DNA of 59,305 nucleotides, filler included, from 5 parts of 5 records of this genome joined end to end with filler, not necessarily neighbours in it, one strand, 5' to 3'. Shown: positions 20,288 to 30,714, counted from the whole stretch's first letter. Made by a program: numbers and translations. Notes: generated from the letters alone by a model not told the origin.

Positions 20288-21172
20288 TCAGATCCTCGCA
20301 ACGCGCCAGGTTGGGAACAATCCAGCCTGTTCGCAAAACGGCTGCGTATCGTGCCCTGCAAACAGGCCATCTTTGGTCACCAGCACAGTCTTCCACCCTC
20401 GGGCCGCTGCGCCCAAAACGTCGGTGTGTAGGGTGTCGCCGCACATGATGATCTGCGCCGGGTGCGTCATCTTCAGGGATGCTTCGACCAGGCCATAGAC
20501 CTCTGGAAACGGCTTGCCGAAGAAGCGCACGCCTTCGACTCCCTGATCCGCAAGAAGGTGGCCGAAGTAGCCCGGCTCTAAGGAGAAACCGGTGTCACGC
20601 GGCGCCACGAGGTCCGCGTTTGCAATCAAGACAGGGCGCGGGCGGCGCTTGAGTGACGCGGTCAGAACCTCTTGATGAGCCTGCGGCCAGCCCGAGGATG
20701 ACAGGAATAGAAATCCGTCTACGACGTCATAGGTCGCGCGATCCATTCCCAGCCGCGAATGCGGAACGGAGATGTCTGCAAGCGCATCTTCCGGCGCAGC
20801 TATCACACCCCAGTGGCAGTCGGTCAGGGCGTTCAACGTCGCATCCCGGCTGGTGATGATCTCGTCGTCGAAGACGTCAATGCCCAGGCCTTTGAACTTC
20901 GCAACGGCTCCGGTGCGGTCATAGCTGGCCGCATTGGTCAGGATGCGGATCTCACATCCCACTTCGCGCAACTCATTCACCCGAACATCCGCGCCCTCGA
21001 TCAAAGTATCGCCCACGTTGAGCACACCAAACGCGTCGAACACGAAGGCTGCGCCTTGCTCCGCAATATCCATGAGCGTGCCGATATCCTGAAACCTGCC
21101 CTGCATTTGCGCTTCAGGCATCCGAGGGCGAACCTCTTCATATCGTTCGAAAATTGACTGAGTGGTGAGCAT
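20288..21172 (-). CDS. HAD-superfamily subfamily IIA hydrolase
   Basis: FVFDAFGVL, ILTNAA, ANADLVAP, GKPFP and GDTLHTDVLG motifs; start chosen at MLTTQ (ORF track extends to 21331). Confidence 0.85.
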   Translation of the reverse strand: MLTTQSIFERYEEVRPRMPEAQMQGRFQDIGTLMDIAEQGAAFVFDAFGVLNVGDTLIEGADVRVNELREVGCEIRILTNAASYDRTGAVAKFKGLGIDVFDDEIITSRDATLNALTDCHWGVIAAPEDALADISVPHSRLGMDRATYDVVDGFLFLSSSGWPQAHQEVLTASLKRRPRPVLIANADLVAPRDTGFSLEPGYFGHLLADQGVEGVRFFGKPFPEVYGLVEASLKMTHPAQIIMCGDTLHTDVLGAAARGWKTVLVTKDGLFAGHDTQPFCEQAGLFPTWRVARI

Positions 21173-21399
21173 GAATTGCAGGGCCTTTTTCGATGCTACA
21201 GCACACACGAAAGGCATCGCTGCTTCTACATTCGGCGATGATGGCGCAAGCTGCGACTCATTGCAACAAAACAACAAAAAATCATGTGTCAATGGAGTGC
21301 AAAGTGAGGATTTTGGCTCGAAATTCTGCAAATTCTCACATTTAAATATTGTTTTGTTGTTTTTTCGCGCGTAGCGTCATTGCTCATACGGGAGGGGTC

Positions 21400-22179
21400 A
21401 TGTCCGCAAAGAAACGCCAGCGCCGAGAGCAAATCATGTGCATCGTGATGGAGCGTGGCTCTGTCTCCGTCGGGTCTTTGGCCGAGATCCTGGACGTGAC
21501 AACCCAGACCATCCGGCGCGATATCGACAAGCTGTGCGAAGGCGACACCCTGCGCCGTAGACACGGCCGGGTCGAGTTGGAGGAAAAGCACCTGAACACG
21601 CCTTTTGATCAACGCGCAGGCACCAATCTGGTCGGCAAGCGCGATATCGGCGAGGCGGCGGTGGAGCTGATCCCCGATGGCGCAACCGTCTTTATCTCAA
21701 TCGGCTCGACCCCTCTCAGCGTAGCGCGCGCCCTGCGGCGGCGCAAGAACCTGACGGTGATCACCAACAACCTCAGCGCCGCGATGGCGCTCAGTGAAGA
21801 GCTGACAAACCGTATCATCCTTCCGGGCGGCGAAGTGCGCCTGCCGGACCGTGATATCCTTGGGGCGGACGTGATCGAGTTCTTTGGCCGGTATCGCGCC
21901 GAGTTTGGCATCTTCGGCGTCGCGGGTGTGGCCGAGGACGGCAGCCTGTTGGAGTTCCACTCCGACGAGGTGCGCGCCCGCGAGCGGATCCGCGAGAACT
22001 CTCAGGTCTCCATGCTGGTGCTCGATTGCACGAAGTTTGGCCGCCTCGCCCCTGCGGCGGGCGAACACATCGCCGACATCGACCACGTCATTCTGGATCG
22101 CCGCCCCGAGGGCGCTTTTGCGCCGATCCTCGATGCATTGGGCGACCGGCTCATCCTTGCGGAACGAGGCACCACATGA
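21400..22179 (+). CDS. DeoR/GlpR family transcriptional regulator
   Basis: VTTQTIRRDI HTH, IGST, VITNNL; ATG 21400 after GGAGGGG. Confidence 0.92.
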   Translation: MSAKKRQRREQIMCIVMERGSVSVGSLAEILDVTTQTIRRDIDKLCEGDTLRRRHGRVELEEKHLNTPFDQRAGTNLVGKRDIGEAAVELIPDGATVFISIGSTPLSVARALRRRKNLTVITNNLSAAMALSEELTNRIILPGGEVRLPDRDILGADVIEFFGRYRAEFGIFGVAGVAEDGSLLEFHSDEVRARERIRENSQVSMLVLDCTKFGRLAPAAGEHIADIDHVILDRRPEGAFAPILDALGDRLILAERGTT

Positions 22180-23198
22180 GCGCCGATCATTTTGTTGTCC
22201 TGAATGACGTCGCCAAGCGTTGGAACGGCCAAATGGGTGTAGAGGACATCTCTCTCGATATCGAAGAGGGGTCTTTTGTGGCGTTGCTGGGACCCTCGGG
22301 CTGCGGCAAATCCACGTCTTTGCGGCTGTTGGCCGGGCTGGAGTTGCCGGACGAAGGGAAGATCTTCATCGACGGGCGTGACGTGACCACCAGCGCTGCG
22401 TCAGACCGCAACCTGTCGATGGTGTTCCAATCCTATGCGTTGTTCCCGCACCTATCAGTGGCAGAGAATGTCGTCTTTGGCCTCAAAGTGCGCCGTGTTC
22501 CGAAGGCCGAACGCCTTGAAAAGATGAGCCGCGCGCTGGAGATCACCGGCCTGCAAGGCTACGAGGTCCGCAAACCCGGCGAGCTATCGGGCGGTCAACG
22601 GCAGCGCGTGGCGCTGGCCCGCGCCATCGTGGCAGGCCAGAAGTTGTGCCTGATGGATGAGCCGCTGTCCAACCTCGACGCCAAGCTTCGCGCCTCGGTT
22701 CGCAAGGATATCAAGAAGTTACAGCGCGACCTGGGGATCACCGTGGTCTATGTGACCCACGACCAAACCGAAGCGATGAGCATGGCCGACAAGGTTGTGC
22801 TGATGAAGGACGGGCGCATCCAGCAGGTCGGCTCTCCAAATGAGCTTTACAACGAACCCGCCAATACTTTTGTCGCTGAATTCGTCGGCGCTCCTCCGAT
22901 GGCGCTGATGCAATCGAGCCTCGTAGACGGCATGGCCACGAACGCCACGCTGGGGTTGCGGGCCGAGAAGGTCTCCATCGTGGCAGAGGGTCAGGGCCGT
23001 TTGTCCTGCACCGTGAACGAGGCGGAATTCCTCGGGTCCGAGACGCTCATCAGCCTCGATCACGACGGCGCAAAAGGCCTCACGGTGCTGCAACCGGGCC
23101 TGCATCTGATGCAGGCGGGTGAACGTGTCGACATCACCTTCAACGACGGCGACCTGCACGTCTTTGACCAAGCAGGCGCACGGCTTTCTGGGCAGTGA
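22176..23198 (+). CDS. CUT1 ABC transporter ATP-binding protein (UgpC-like)
   Basis: [50 protein letters not shown] overlap with the DeoR stop. Confidence 0.92.
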   Translation: MSADHFVVLNDVAKRWNGQMGVEDISLDIEEGSFVALLGPSGCGKSTSLRLLAGLELPDEGKIFIDGRDVTTSAASDRNLSMVFQSYALFPHLSVAENVVFGLKVRRVPKAERLEKMSRALEITGLQGYEVRKPGELSGGQRQRVALARAIVAGQKLCLMDEPLSNLDAKLRASVRKDIKKLQRDLGITVVYVTHDQTEAMSMADKVVLMKDGRIQQVGSPNELYNEPANTFVAEFVGAPPMALMQSSLVDGMATNATLGLRAEKVSIVAEGQGRLSCTVNEAEFLGSETLISLDHDGAKGLTVLQPGLHLMQAGERVDITFNDGDLHVFDQAGARLSGQ

Positions 23199-23238
23199 TC
23201 TGGCCAGAGGCACCAATCATCCATGGGAGGATATCTAT

Positions 23239-24501
23239 ATGCAACACTTTAAGAAACTCAGCGTCATCGCTGCTTTGGCCGCCAGCGTGGCGATGCCTGC
23301 CGCCGCCGACACGGAACTGACGATGTACTACCCCATCGCCGTGGGTGGCGCTTTAACCGAAGTGGTCGACGGCATTGTCGCAGCCTTTGAAGCCGAGAAC
23401 CCCGGCATCACCGTGAACGCCGTCTATTCCGGCAACTACGACGACACCCGCGTGCGGGCGCTGTCGGCGCTGAACTCAGGCGATCCGGCACAGCTGGCCG
23501 TCATGTTCTCCATCGACGCCTATGACCTCATTGAGCAGGGCTACATCGTGCCCTTCGATGACCTCGTGTCCTCGGACGCGGAAATGGAGTGGATGAACAG
23601 CTTCTACCCGGCGCTGATGGCCAACGGTCAGATCGAGGGCCAGACCTGGAGCATCCCGTTCCAGCGCTCCACCATCGTGGCCTACTACAACCGCGACATG
23701 TTTGAAGCCGCTGGCCTCGACCCCGACAGCCCGCCCACCACCTGGGACGAAATGATCGAGATGGGTCAGGCGCTGACCAATGATGAGACCTACGGCATCA
23801 TGATCCCGTCCACCGGCTATCCTTATTGGATGTTCCAGGCGCTCGCGATCCAGAACGGGGTGGAGCTGATGTCCGGCGACGGGCTCAACACCTACTTCGA
23901 CGCACCTGAGGTGGTGGAAGCCTTGGAATACTGGATGTCGCTGTCGTCCGAGCACGGCGTCATGCCCGAAGGCACGGTCGAATGGGGCACCCTGCGCCAG
24001 GCCTTCCTTGAAGGCCAGACGGCGATGATGTGGCATTCCACCGGCAACTTGACGGCTGTCCGCAACGCGGCCGAATTCGACTTCGGCGTCGCGGAACTGC
24101 CCGCGAATGAGCGTCTTGGTTCTCCCACAGGCGGTGGCAACTTCTACGTGTTCGAGGACACGACGGAAGAAGAGCGGGCAGCGGCCCTGGCCCTGATCCA
24201 GTTCATGACCTCGCCCGAGCAGGCGGCCGCCTGGTCCATCGCTACGGGCTACATGGGCGTTTCACCGGCCGCCTACGAGACGGAGGAGCTTCAGGCCTAC
24301 ACGGAAGAATTCCCGCCCGCTCTTGTGGCGCGCAACCAGCTGGAAAACGCCGTTGCCGAATTCTCAACCTTCGAGACGGCCCGCGTGCGCGATGGTCTGA
24401 ACAACGCGATCCAAGCAGCCCTGACGGGCAGCGCGACGGCAGAAGAAGCGCTGGGTGAGGCACAGGCCGCCGCAGAGCGTTTGTTGGAAGACTACCGCTA
24501 A
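23239..24501 (+). CDS. ABC transporter substrate-binding protein (UgpB-like)
   Basis: Signal peptide MQHFKKLSVIAALAASVAMPAAA; SIPFQRST, YYNRDMF and PTGGGN motifs. Confidence 0.88.
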   Translation: MQHFKKLSVIAALAASVAMPAAADTELTMYYPIAVGGALTEVVDGIVAAFEAENPGITVNAVYSGNYDDTRVRALSALNSGDPAQLAVMFSIDAYDLIEQGYIVPFDDLVSSDAEMEWMNSFYPALMANGQIEGQTWSIPFQRSTIVAYYNRDMFEAAGLDPDSPPTTWDEMIEMGQALTNDETYGIMIPSTGYPYWMFQALAIQNGVELMSGDGLNTYFDAPEVVEALEYWMSLSSEHGVMPEGTVEWGTLRQAFLEGQTAMMWHSTGNLTAVRNAAEFDFGVAELPANERLGSPTGGGNFYVFEDTTEEERAAALALIQFMTSPEQAAAWSIATGYMGVSPAAYETEELQAYTEEFPPALVARNQLENAVAEFSTFETARVRDGLNNAIQAALTGSATAEEALGEAQAAAERLLEDYR

Positions 24502-24564
24502 GAACCACAGTCCGCACCGGCCAAAACGGTCGGTGCAGGCCCCACCTGAACACCGGGGACAGGC

Positions 24565-25458
24565 ATGGCAAACATCGTGAATTACGAGAAGCGCAGGCAG
24601 GCCATCCACGGCTGGCTGTTGCTGATGCCCGCCGGCGTCCTGCTGTTCCTCTTTGCCATCTACCCCTCTATTGCGACCCTTTGGTCCAGCGTCTTTTCAC
24701 GCGGCACGCGCCGCCGTCCGTCCGAGTTCATCGGCACCGAGAACTACGCCGACCTCTTAGCCGACCCCACCTTCTGGACGGTCGCGCAGAACAACCTGTT
24801 CTATGCCGCGGCGACTGTGCCGATTTCTATCGCCATCGCCCTTGGTATGGCGCTGTGGGCGAACTCCAAGATCCCCGCGCGTGGCTTTGTGCGCACCGCC
24901 TATTTCACCCCAACCGTGCTGCCGATGATCGCCGCCGCGAACCTGTGGCTGTTCTTCTACACACCCGGCCTCGGTGTGCTGGACCAGATCGGGTCGCTCT
25001 TTGGCCTGCCGTCCGTCAACTGGCTCGGCCAGCCCGAAACAGCGCTCTGGGCGATCATCATCGTCACGATCTGGAAAGAGGCAGGATTCTTCATGATCTT
25101 CTACCTCGCAGCGCTCCAGACCATCCCAGAAGACCTCAAAGAGGCGGCGGATATTGAGGGCACAAGCCGCTGGACCTACACGCGCCGCATCGTCTTCCCG
25201 CTGCTGATGCCCACGACGCTGTTCATCATGGTCAACGCGCTGATCAACTCGGTCAAGCTGATCGACCACCTGTTTATCCTGACCAAAGGCGGGCCGAACG
25301 ACGCTTCTAAACTGATCCTCTATTACATCTGGGAAATGGCCTTCGCGTTCTTCGATGCGAACCAAGCGGCGGCCCTGACGATCATGGTGATAGCGGTCCT
25401 TGGCATCGTCGCGGCGGTGCAATTCTTCTACCTCGATCGCAGGACACATTACCAATGA
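24565..25458 (+). CDS. Carbohydrate ABC transporter permease (UgpA-like)
   Basis: LQTIPEDLKEAADIEG EAA loop; LTKGGP. Confidence 0.9.
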   Translation: MANIVNYEKRRQAIHGWLLLMPAGVLLFLFAIYPSIATLWSSVFSRGTRRRPSEFIGTENYADLLADPTFWTVAQNNLFYAAATVPISIAIALGMALWANSKIPARGFVRTAYFTPTVLPMIAAANLWLFFYTPGLGVLDQIGSLFGLPSVNWLGQPETALWAIIIVTIWKEAGFFMIFYLAALQTIPEDLKEAADIEGTSRWTYTRRIVFPLLMPTTLFIMVNALINSVKLIDHLFILTKGGPNDASKLILYYIWEMAFAFFDANQAAALTIMVIAVLGIVAAVQFFYLDRRTHYQ

Positions 25459-26264
25459 GCCGGATCACCCGTAACGCAGAGGCCTTCGCCGCCATCCTTC
25501 TGGCCGTGATCTGGATCTCTCCACTTCTGTTCGCCGTCTGGGCGGCGTTCCATTCCACATCAGACGCCGTGAACTTCAACATCTATGGCGAGTGGACGTT
25601 GGACAATTTCCGCATCGCATGGGACGGCGCGCCTTGGCTACGGTATTTCTTCAACACCTTCCTGCTGGTGACGGTGGTGCTGGTCGGCCAGTTCTTCCTG
25701 ACCACGCTGGCGGGTTTCGCCTTCGCCCAAGTCGAGTTTCCGGGCCGCGATATCGTCTTTGTCCTCGTCTTGATGCAGCTGTTCATCCTGCCCGAGGTCC
25801 TGATCGTCGAGAACTACGCCGTGGTCTCCGCCATCGGCCTCTTCGACACGATCCTCGGCGTCGGCATGCCCTATATGGCCAGCGCGTTCGGCATCTTCCT
25901 GATGCGGCAATCGTTCAAATCGGTGCCTAAACCCTTGCACGAGGCCGCCAAGATCGAGGGCTGTTCTCTCCTCGGTATCCTCTGGCGGGTCTACGTGCCG
26001 CTGGCGCGGCCCACCTATCTGGCTTACGCGCTGGTCTCGGTCTCTACCCATTGGAACAACTTCCTCTGGCCGCTGATCGTCACCAACTCGCCCGAAACAC
26101 GGCCCCTGACCGTGGGCCTCTCCATCTTTGGCGCGCCCGAGAATGGCGTTGATATCTCTATTATCTCCGCCGCGACGCTGATGTCGGTCGCCCCCCTGTT
26201 GATTGCCTTCCTCGTGTTCCAACGCCAGTTCGTCCAAGCCTTCCTGCACACTGGAATCAAATGA
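25455..26264 (+). CDS. Carbohydrate ABC transporter permease (UgpE-like)
   Basis: SAFGIFLMRQ, EAAKIEG and WNNFLWPL motifs. Confidence 0.9.
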   Translation: MSRITRNAEAFAAILLAVIWISPLLFAVWAAFHSTSDAVNFNIYGEWTLDNFRIAWDGAPWLRYFFNTFLLVTVVLVGQFFLTTLAGFAFAQVEFPGRDIVFVLVLMQLFILPEVLIVENYAVVSAIGLFDTILGVGMPYMASAFGIFLMRQSFKSVPKPLHEAAKIEGCSLLGILWRVYVPLARPTYLAYALVSVSTHWNNFLWPLIVTNSPETRPLTVGLSIFGAPENGVDISIISAATLMSVAPLLIAFLVFQRQFVQAFLHTGIK

Positions 26265-27058
26265 CGACCATCCTGCAACTCTCGGACACGCATATCGCAG
26301 CGGAGCGCACCTTGGTGTCCGGACAACTGGATACGGGCGAGTCGCTTCGGGCCTTGGTTAAACGTGTGGAAGAGATGCGTGCGCAGATTGGCCCCATCGA
26401 CGGCCTGCTGGTCAGTGGGGATCTGAGCGAGGACGGCAGCGCCGTCAGCTACCATCATTTCAAGGAGATCTTGGCCCCCCTCGACCTGCCGCTCTTCGTC
26501 ATTCCCGGCAACCACGACGCCCGCGAGCCACTTCGGGGCGCCTTGACCAACTCCGAAAACATGCCAGCGGAAGGGCGCGTGAACTGGACCGCACTCGCCG
26601 GGGATCTCTGCCTGATCGGGTTGGATACGCTTGTGGAAGAGTCCGGCGGCGGCGTCCTTGACAAGGCAACATTGGCCTTTCTTGCGGACGCGTTGCACCG
26701 AGCAGGCGATACGCCCATCCTGCTGGCCATGCATCATCCGCCGTTCCAGTCCGGCATCCCGTTCATGGACAATATTGGCCTGCAAGGCATTGATCCGCTG
26801 ACAGAAATCCTGTCACACCACCGAGGCGAGGTTCGGATCGCCTGCGGGCACATTCACTGCATGATGGTGGCGAGCGTCGCCGGACATGTTGCAATTTCTG
26901 CCCCGTCACCGTGCAGTACGTTTGACTATGACCTTCGGCCAGACGCGCCGATCGGGTTTTTTGATCAAGAGGACGGGTTCTTGATCCACCGATGGCAGAA
27001 TGGCTTCCAGACCGCGCGCGTGGGTCTGCGGCGCGGCCCCGGCCCGTTTGCATTTTAG
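26261..27058 (+). CDS. Metallophosphoesterase / phosphodiesterase (GpdQ/CpdA-like)
   Basis: All five calcineurin-like motifs: SDTH, SGDL, GNHD, HHPP, GHIH. Confidence 0.9.
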   Translation: MTTILQLSDTHIAAERTLVSGQLDTGESLRALVKRVEEMRAQIGPIDGLLVSGDLSEDGSAVSYHHFKEILAPLDLPLFVIPGNHDAREPLRGALTNSENMPAEGRVNWTALAGDLCLIGLDTLVEESGGGVLDKATLAFLADALHRAGDTPILLAMHHPPFQSGIPFMDNIGLQGIDPLTEILSHHRGEVRIACGHIHCMMVASVAGHVAISAPSPCSTFDYDLRPDAPIGFFDQEDGFLIHRWQNGFQTARVGLRRGPGPFAF

Positions 27059-27114
27059 GTCATTGTTGACACGGCGCGTCTCACATTTGGCGCGGTCCTT
27101 AGAAGGCTTTCCAA

Positions 27115-28770
27115 GTGAACGACACCAGTCCCATCCTATTCCTACTCAACATCGCAGGCGCTGCGGCGCTTTTGATCTGGGCGGTTCGATTGGTGCGCAC
27201 GGGGGTTGAGCGTGGCTTCTCCACACAACTCCGCCAATGGCTGCGCCATTCTTCAGGGAACAGGGTGTTGGCCGCCGGATCCGGGTTGGGGGCGGCCGTT
27301 TTCCTTCAAAGCTCCACCGCCGTGGCGGTTCTGGTGTCGAACTTCATCGCCAAGGGTGGGCTTGCGACGACAACGGGATTGGCGATCTTGTTGGGGGCGG
27401 ATGTCGGCTCGGCCCTCGTGTCGCAACTCCTGGTCGTGCGGCAACCGTTCCTGATCCCACTGCTTCTGCTGCTTGGCGTGTCGCTGTTTCTGCGCGCTTC
27501 CGATAGCGGCCTGCGTCAAACGGGCCGTATCCTGATTGGGCTGTCGCTGATCTTCGTGTCTCTCGACATGATCCGCATGGCCACGGGCCCGATGGTCGGC
27601 AATCCAGCCACCCAAGCCGTCATGGGCTACCTGGGCGGCGACGTGCTGACGGCGTTCCTGATTGGCGCGGCCTTCGCCTGGCTGGTGCATTCCAGCGTCG
27701 CGGCAGTCTTGCTGTTTGTCACCTTGGCGGCGCAAGGCGTCCTGCCGGTCTCAGCCGCGGCGGCGATGGTTCTGGGGGCCAATCTGGGCGGGTCTTTCAT
27801 CGCCTATGTCCTGACCCTTTCCGCTCCGACCCCGTCGCGGCAGATGGTGGTGGCGAACCTCGTGTTGCGCGGCGGTGGCGCGGCCTTGGCCGCGATTGTG
27901 ATCAACAGCGCACCCGATGTGATGACCTATCTGGGCGCAGATCCCTCCCGACAAGTCATCAACCTTCACCTTGCGTTCAATGTAGTTCTGGCCGTCGCAG
28001 CCCTCCCTTTGACCGTTCCGATCACCAAGCTGATCGACCGGTTCGTGACCGAAAATGCGCGCAACGACGTAGGATTGGAGACGACAAGTGCCCTCGACAC
28101 CTCCGCCCTGAAACTCCCGACACGGGGCCTTGATTGCGTCGCGCGGGAGTTGCTGGCGATGGGGCAGCGGATTGAACAGATGCTCCGCGCGGTCGATCCG
28201 CTATTCGACAAGTGGGACGCGCCCACCGCCAAGGCCATTGCCGAGCAAGACAAGATCATCAAGCGCATGCACCTTGACGTGAAACTGTACCTGGCACGCC
28301 TGTCGCAGGGTGGATTGGACGAGAATCTGGGCCGCCGTTCCATGGATTTGGCGTCAATCTCGACCAATCTTGACGTGGCATCGGACGCGATATCCCGGAT
28401 CATGGTAGAGCTTGTGAAGGATCTCAACGCCGAGGGGTTCCAGTTCTCGGACAAAGGCCGCGCGGAGGTCAGCGACTTCGCAGACCGCGTTCTGGGCAAC
28501 GTGCAACTGGCGCTGAATGTGCTGATGAACCAAAACCCCGCCGAGGCACGAGAGCTTCTGGCCGCCAAGGAAAAGGTCCGCGCGGTCGAGCAAAAACTGC
28601 AACGCAACCATTTGGGGCGCCTGCAACAGGGTCTGTCGCAAAGCATCGAAACAAGCCAAATCCACCAGGAAACGCTTCGCGCGCTCAAACTGGTCAACAC
28701 TTCGTTTGCCGCGATCAGCGTACCGATACTCGCCAAAAGCGGCGACCTTCTGAAGAGCCGGTTGTCTTAG
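27115..28770 (+). CDS. Na/Pi cotransporter family protein with PhoU-like C-terminus (YjbB/NptA-like)
   Basis: QSSTA..LGADVG and HSSVAA..LGANLG repeats; helical cytoplasmic C-terminal domain. Confidence 0.88.
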   Translation: MNDTSPILFLLNIAGAAALLIWAVRLVRTGVERGFSTQLRQWLRHSSGNRVLAAGSGLGAAVFLQSSTAVAVLVSNFIAKGGLATTTGLAILLGADVGSALVSQLLVVRQPFLIPLLLLLGVSLFLRASDSGLRQTGRILIGLSLIFVSLDMIRMATGPMVGNPATQAVMGYLGGDVLTAFLIGAAFAWLVHSSVAAVLLFVTLAAQGVLPVSAAAAMVLGANLGGSFIAYVLTLSAPTPSRQMVVANLVLRGGGAALAAIVINSAPDVMTYLGADPSRQVINLHLAFNVVLAVAALPLTVPITKLIDRFVTENARNDVGLETTSALDTSALKLPTRGLDCVARELLAMGQRIEQMLRAVDPLFDKWDAPTAKAIAEQDKIIKRMHLDVKLYLARLSQGGLDENLGRRSMDLASISTNLDVASDAISRIMVELVKDLNAEGFQFSDKGRAEVSDFADRVLGNVQLALNVLMNQNPAEARELLAAKEKVRAVEQKLQRNHLGRLQQGLSQSIETSQIHQETLRALKLVNTSFAAISVPILAKSGDLLKSRLS

Positions 28771-29165
28771 CTTTCTGCCGAACTCGGTAATGCATCGAGA
28801 TTTGATGCCGCGAATGTCTGTTCAAAGGACTACGTACCTTTTTCTCCTGCATCACCGCGAATGACCGCTCTCCGCCCCCTGCGACGGTGGCGTCAGGATC
28901 GACGAGATCGGCCCGTAGGAGTCGTTTTTTGATGAAGGGCGGTCACATTGCGCCGTAGGCGCTAGCCAGGCGCTTAGCCCACGCCGCGTCACTGGCAGAC
29001 GAACATGACCGTCGGCGCACAGCGAAAAGCGATCCTTCCAAGGGGGGGACGTTTGCTGAAATGTCCCTCGTATGCGACCGGTCCGAGCTACCATGGGGCT
29101 TCCGCGCCTCCCTCGCGGGAGCTGCGCACATGCGCGAGCTACCGAAAGTCAGATCCACAACGATT

Positions 29166-29333
29166 TCACACCTTGGGTGGATGCTGGTCGATCCAGGCTT
29201 GGAGGATCCGTCGAACCATTTCCGGGCGGGTGGGAATATCGGGCTGGTCGCGTCTCAGAGCGTCGATCGCCTCGATCATCTCCCTCCCAAGTCTCAGGGT
29301 AAGGGCTTCTGTATCTTTTTTGGGGGGCGCCAT
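29166..29333 (-). CDS. Ribbon-helix-helix (CopG/Arc-like) DNA-binding protein, 55 aa
   Basis: Not in ORF track. Manual translation: MAPPKKDTEALTLRLGREMIEAIDALRRDQPDIPTRPEMVRRILQAWIDQHPPKV*. LTLRL strand, helix, turn, RPEMVRRIL helix is the RHH pattern. Confidence 0.75.
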   Translation of the reverse strand: MAPPKKDTEALTLRLGREMIEAIDALRRDQPDIPTRPEMVRRILQAWIDQHPPKV

Positions 29334-29454
29334 AAAATTTTACCATTTTGATGTTGACATCATAATGGCATTATCGCACATATGACGAGCGGGGGCAAGA
29401 ACTCTCACCTTCCTGCCCGCCGCTCTTGCCACCGCGATCTAGATGGAGAACGCA

Positions 29455-29973
29455 ATGACCAAGTCCGACCGTATCACCCCCCGCCGCCCGAATGAAGGGA
29501 TCACCGTCGCCCAGACGGCAGTCAGCTACGGCTTTGCCGAGCTGTTGCGCTCGCTGGACGCCTGCATCAAAGCCGAGCGCCCTCTCCAGCGCGGCTTTGC
29601 CGACATCTTCGCCAGCATCTTCGACACGGCGCTGGCCGAGGCGGAGCAGGCCCGCGACGCTCTCCTCACCAGCCTAACCGCGGTGATCGAGCTTCACGAG
29701 GAGCTCCCGACGGACCGCGTACTGCGCCTGATGGCTACGGCGCTTAAGACTCTGCTTTCGATCGAGTGTGACGAGGACCGGATGTTTCTGGCAGGCACGT
29801 TGATGCAGAGCGCCCCGCTTCTCGAGGTTCAGGGAGCCCACCCCACGATGCGGGCAGTGCGCCGCGTACAGCAGCACTTTTTCCGCAGCTGCGCCGTTCT
29901 GATGTCCATGCAGGATTTCGGCGGGCCCGGCCCCGACGATGACGGGGCCTACGGGCCGTCGCTGGCGGCCTGA
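29455..29973 (+). CDS. Hypothetical helical protein
   Basis: Open frame with GGAGA SD before ATG 29455 (ORF track starts at 29443); no recognised motif; ends GPSLAA. Confidence 0.6.
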   Translation: MTKSDRITPRRPNEGITVAQTAVSYGFAELLRSLDACIKAERPLQRGFADIFASIFDTALAEAEQARDALLTSLTAVIELHEELPTDRVLRLMATALKTLLSIECDEDRMFLAGTLMQSAPLLEVQGAHPTMRAVRRVQQHFFRSCAVLMSMQDFGGPGPDDDGAYGPSLAA

Positions 29974-30048
29974 TCGGGCCGGACCTGCGCGCCATTCTGA
30001 GGGGGCATGCCCCCTCGCTTCTCACTTCATGAATCACGGAGCATTCTG

Positions 30049-30615
30049 ATGCACCAGCCCTTTCTTCCTGGCATGCCCATGCCGCCCCGCCCCACCGAGA
30101 ACCGCGACGCGCGGACTGCTCTGGCCAATTATCCCGCGATGTCCACTGAGGACCTTTGCCGTCATGCAAAACCTCTGGGGCGTGCGGCTGAACTTCTGGT
30201 AGACAGCGCACTTGTCCGCTTGGGTGAGCGGGTATATCCGGCCGATGAACACGAGCGGCATGACCGGCTCTTGCTCCTCCCGAGTGGCGCATCCCTGCGT
30301 CTTCAGGTCAAGACGCGCCACACGCAGAATGATCGCGGTGATTACATCTTCACCTTGCGCCAGCGTTCCGAGCGCGGTTGCACGGGGCGCGGCCCCTATG
30401 AACCGCAGGACTTCGACATTCTCGCAATGGTTGTGCTCGGCGAGTGCGTGGTCCGTTTCACGGCGGACTGGCATCTTCGGCAGGTCGTTCATGCCTCTGA
30501 GATCCCGGAACTCCGGCGGCACCCGCGCCAGAGCCTGGACGCGGCGCTCGCCCGGCTGGGCCACACGGATGCCATCCCCGGCGGGTGGGACGGAGACCTC
30601 GACCTCGCTGCCTGA
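30049..30615 (+). CDS. Putative PD-(D/E)XK endonuclease
   Basis: GRAAELLV...HDRLLL...LRLQVKT fits the G..E / D / QVK restriction-endonuclease-like signature; FDILAMV downstream; ends DLDLAA. Confidence 0.6.
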   Translation: MHQPFLPGMPMPPRPTENRDARTALANYPAMSTEDLCRHAKPLGRAAELLVDSALVRLGERVYPADEHERHDRLLLLPSGASLRLQVKTRHTQNDRGDYIFTLRQRSERGCTGRGPYEPQDFDILAMVVLGECVVRFTADWHLRQVVHASEIPELRRHPRQSLDAALARLGHTDAIPGGWDGDLDLAA

Positions 30616-30714
30616 ACCAGCCCGGCGCGCCCCTCACTTCCCCACCAGGCCCATCTCTCGGCCCGCCGATGCGGCGGACCGGCCCCCCTTTCTGATCCTT
30701 TTTGGAGGCTTCCC

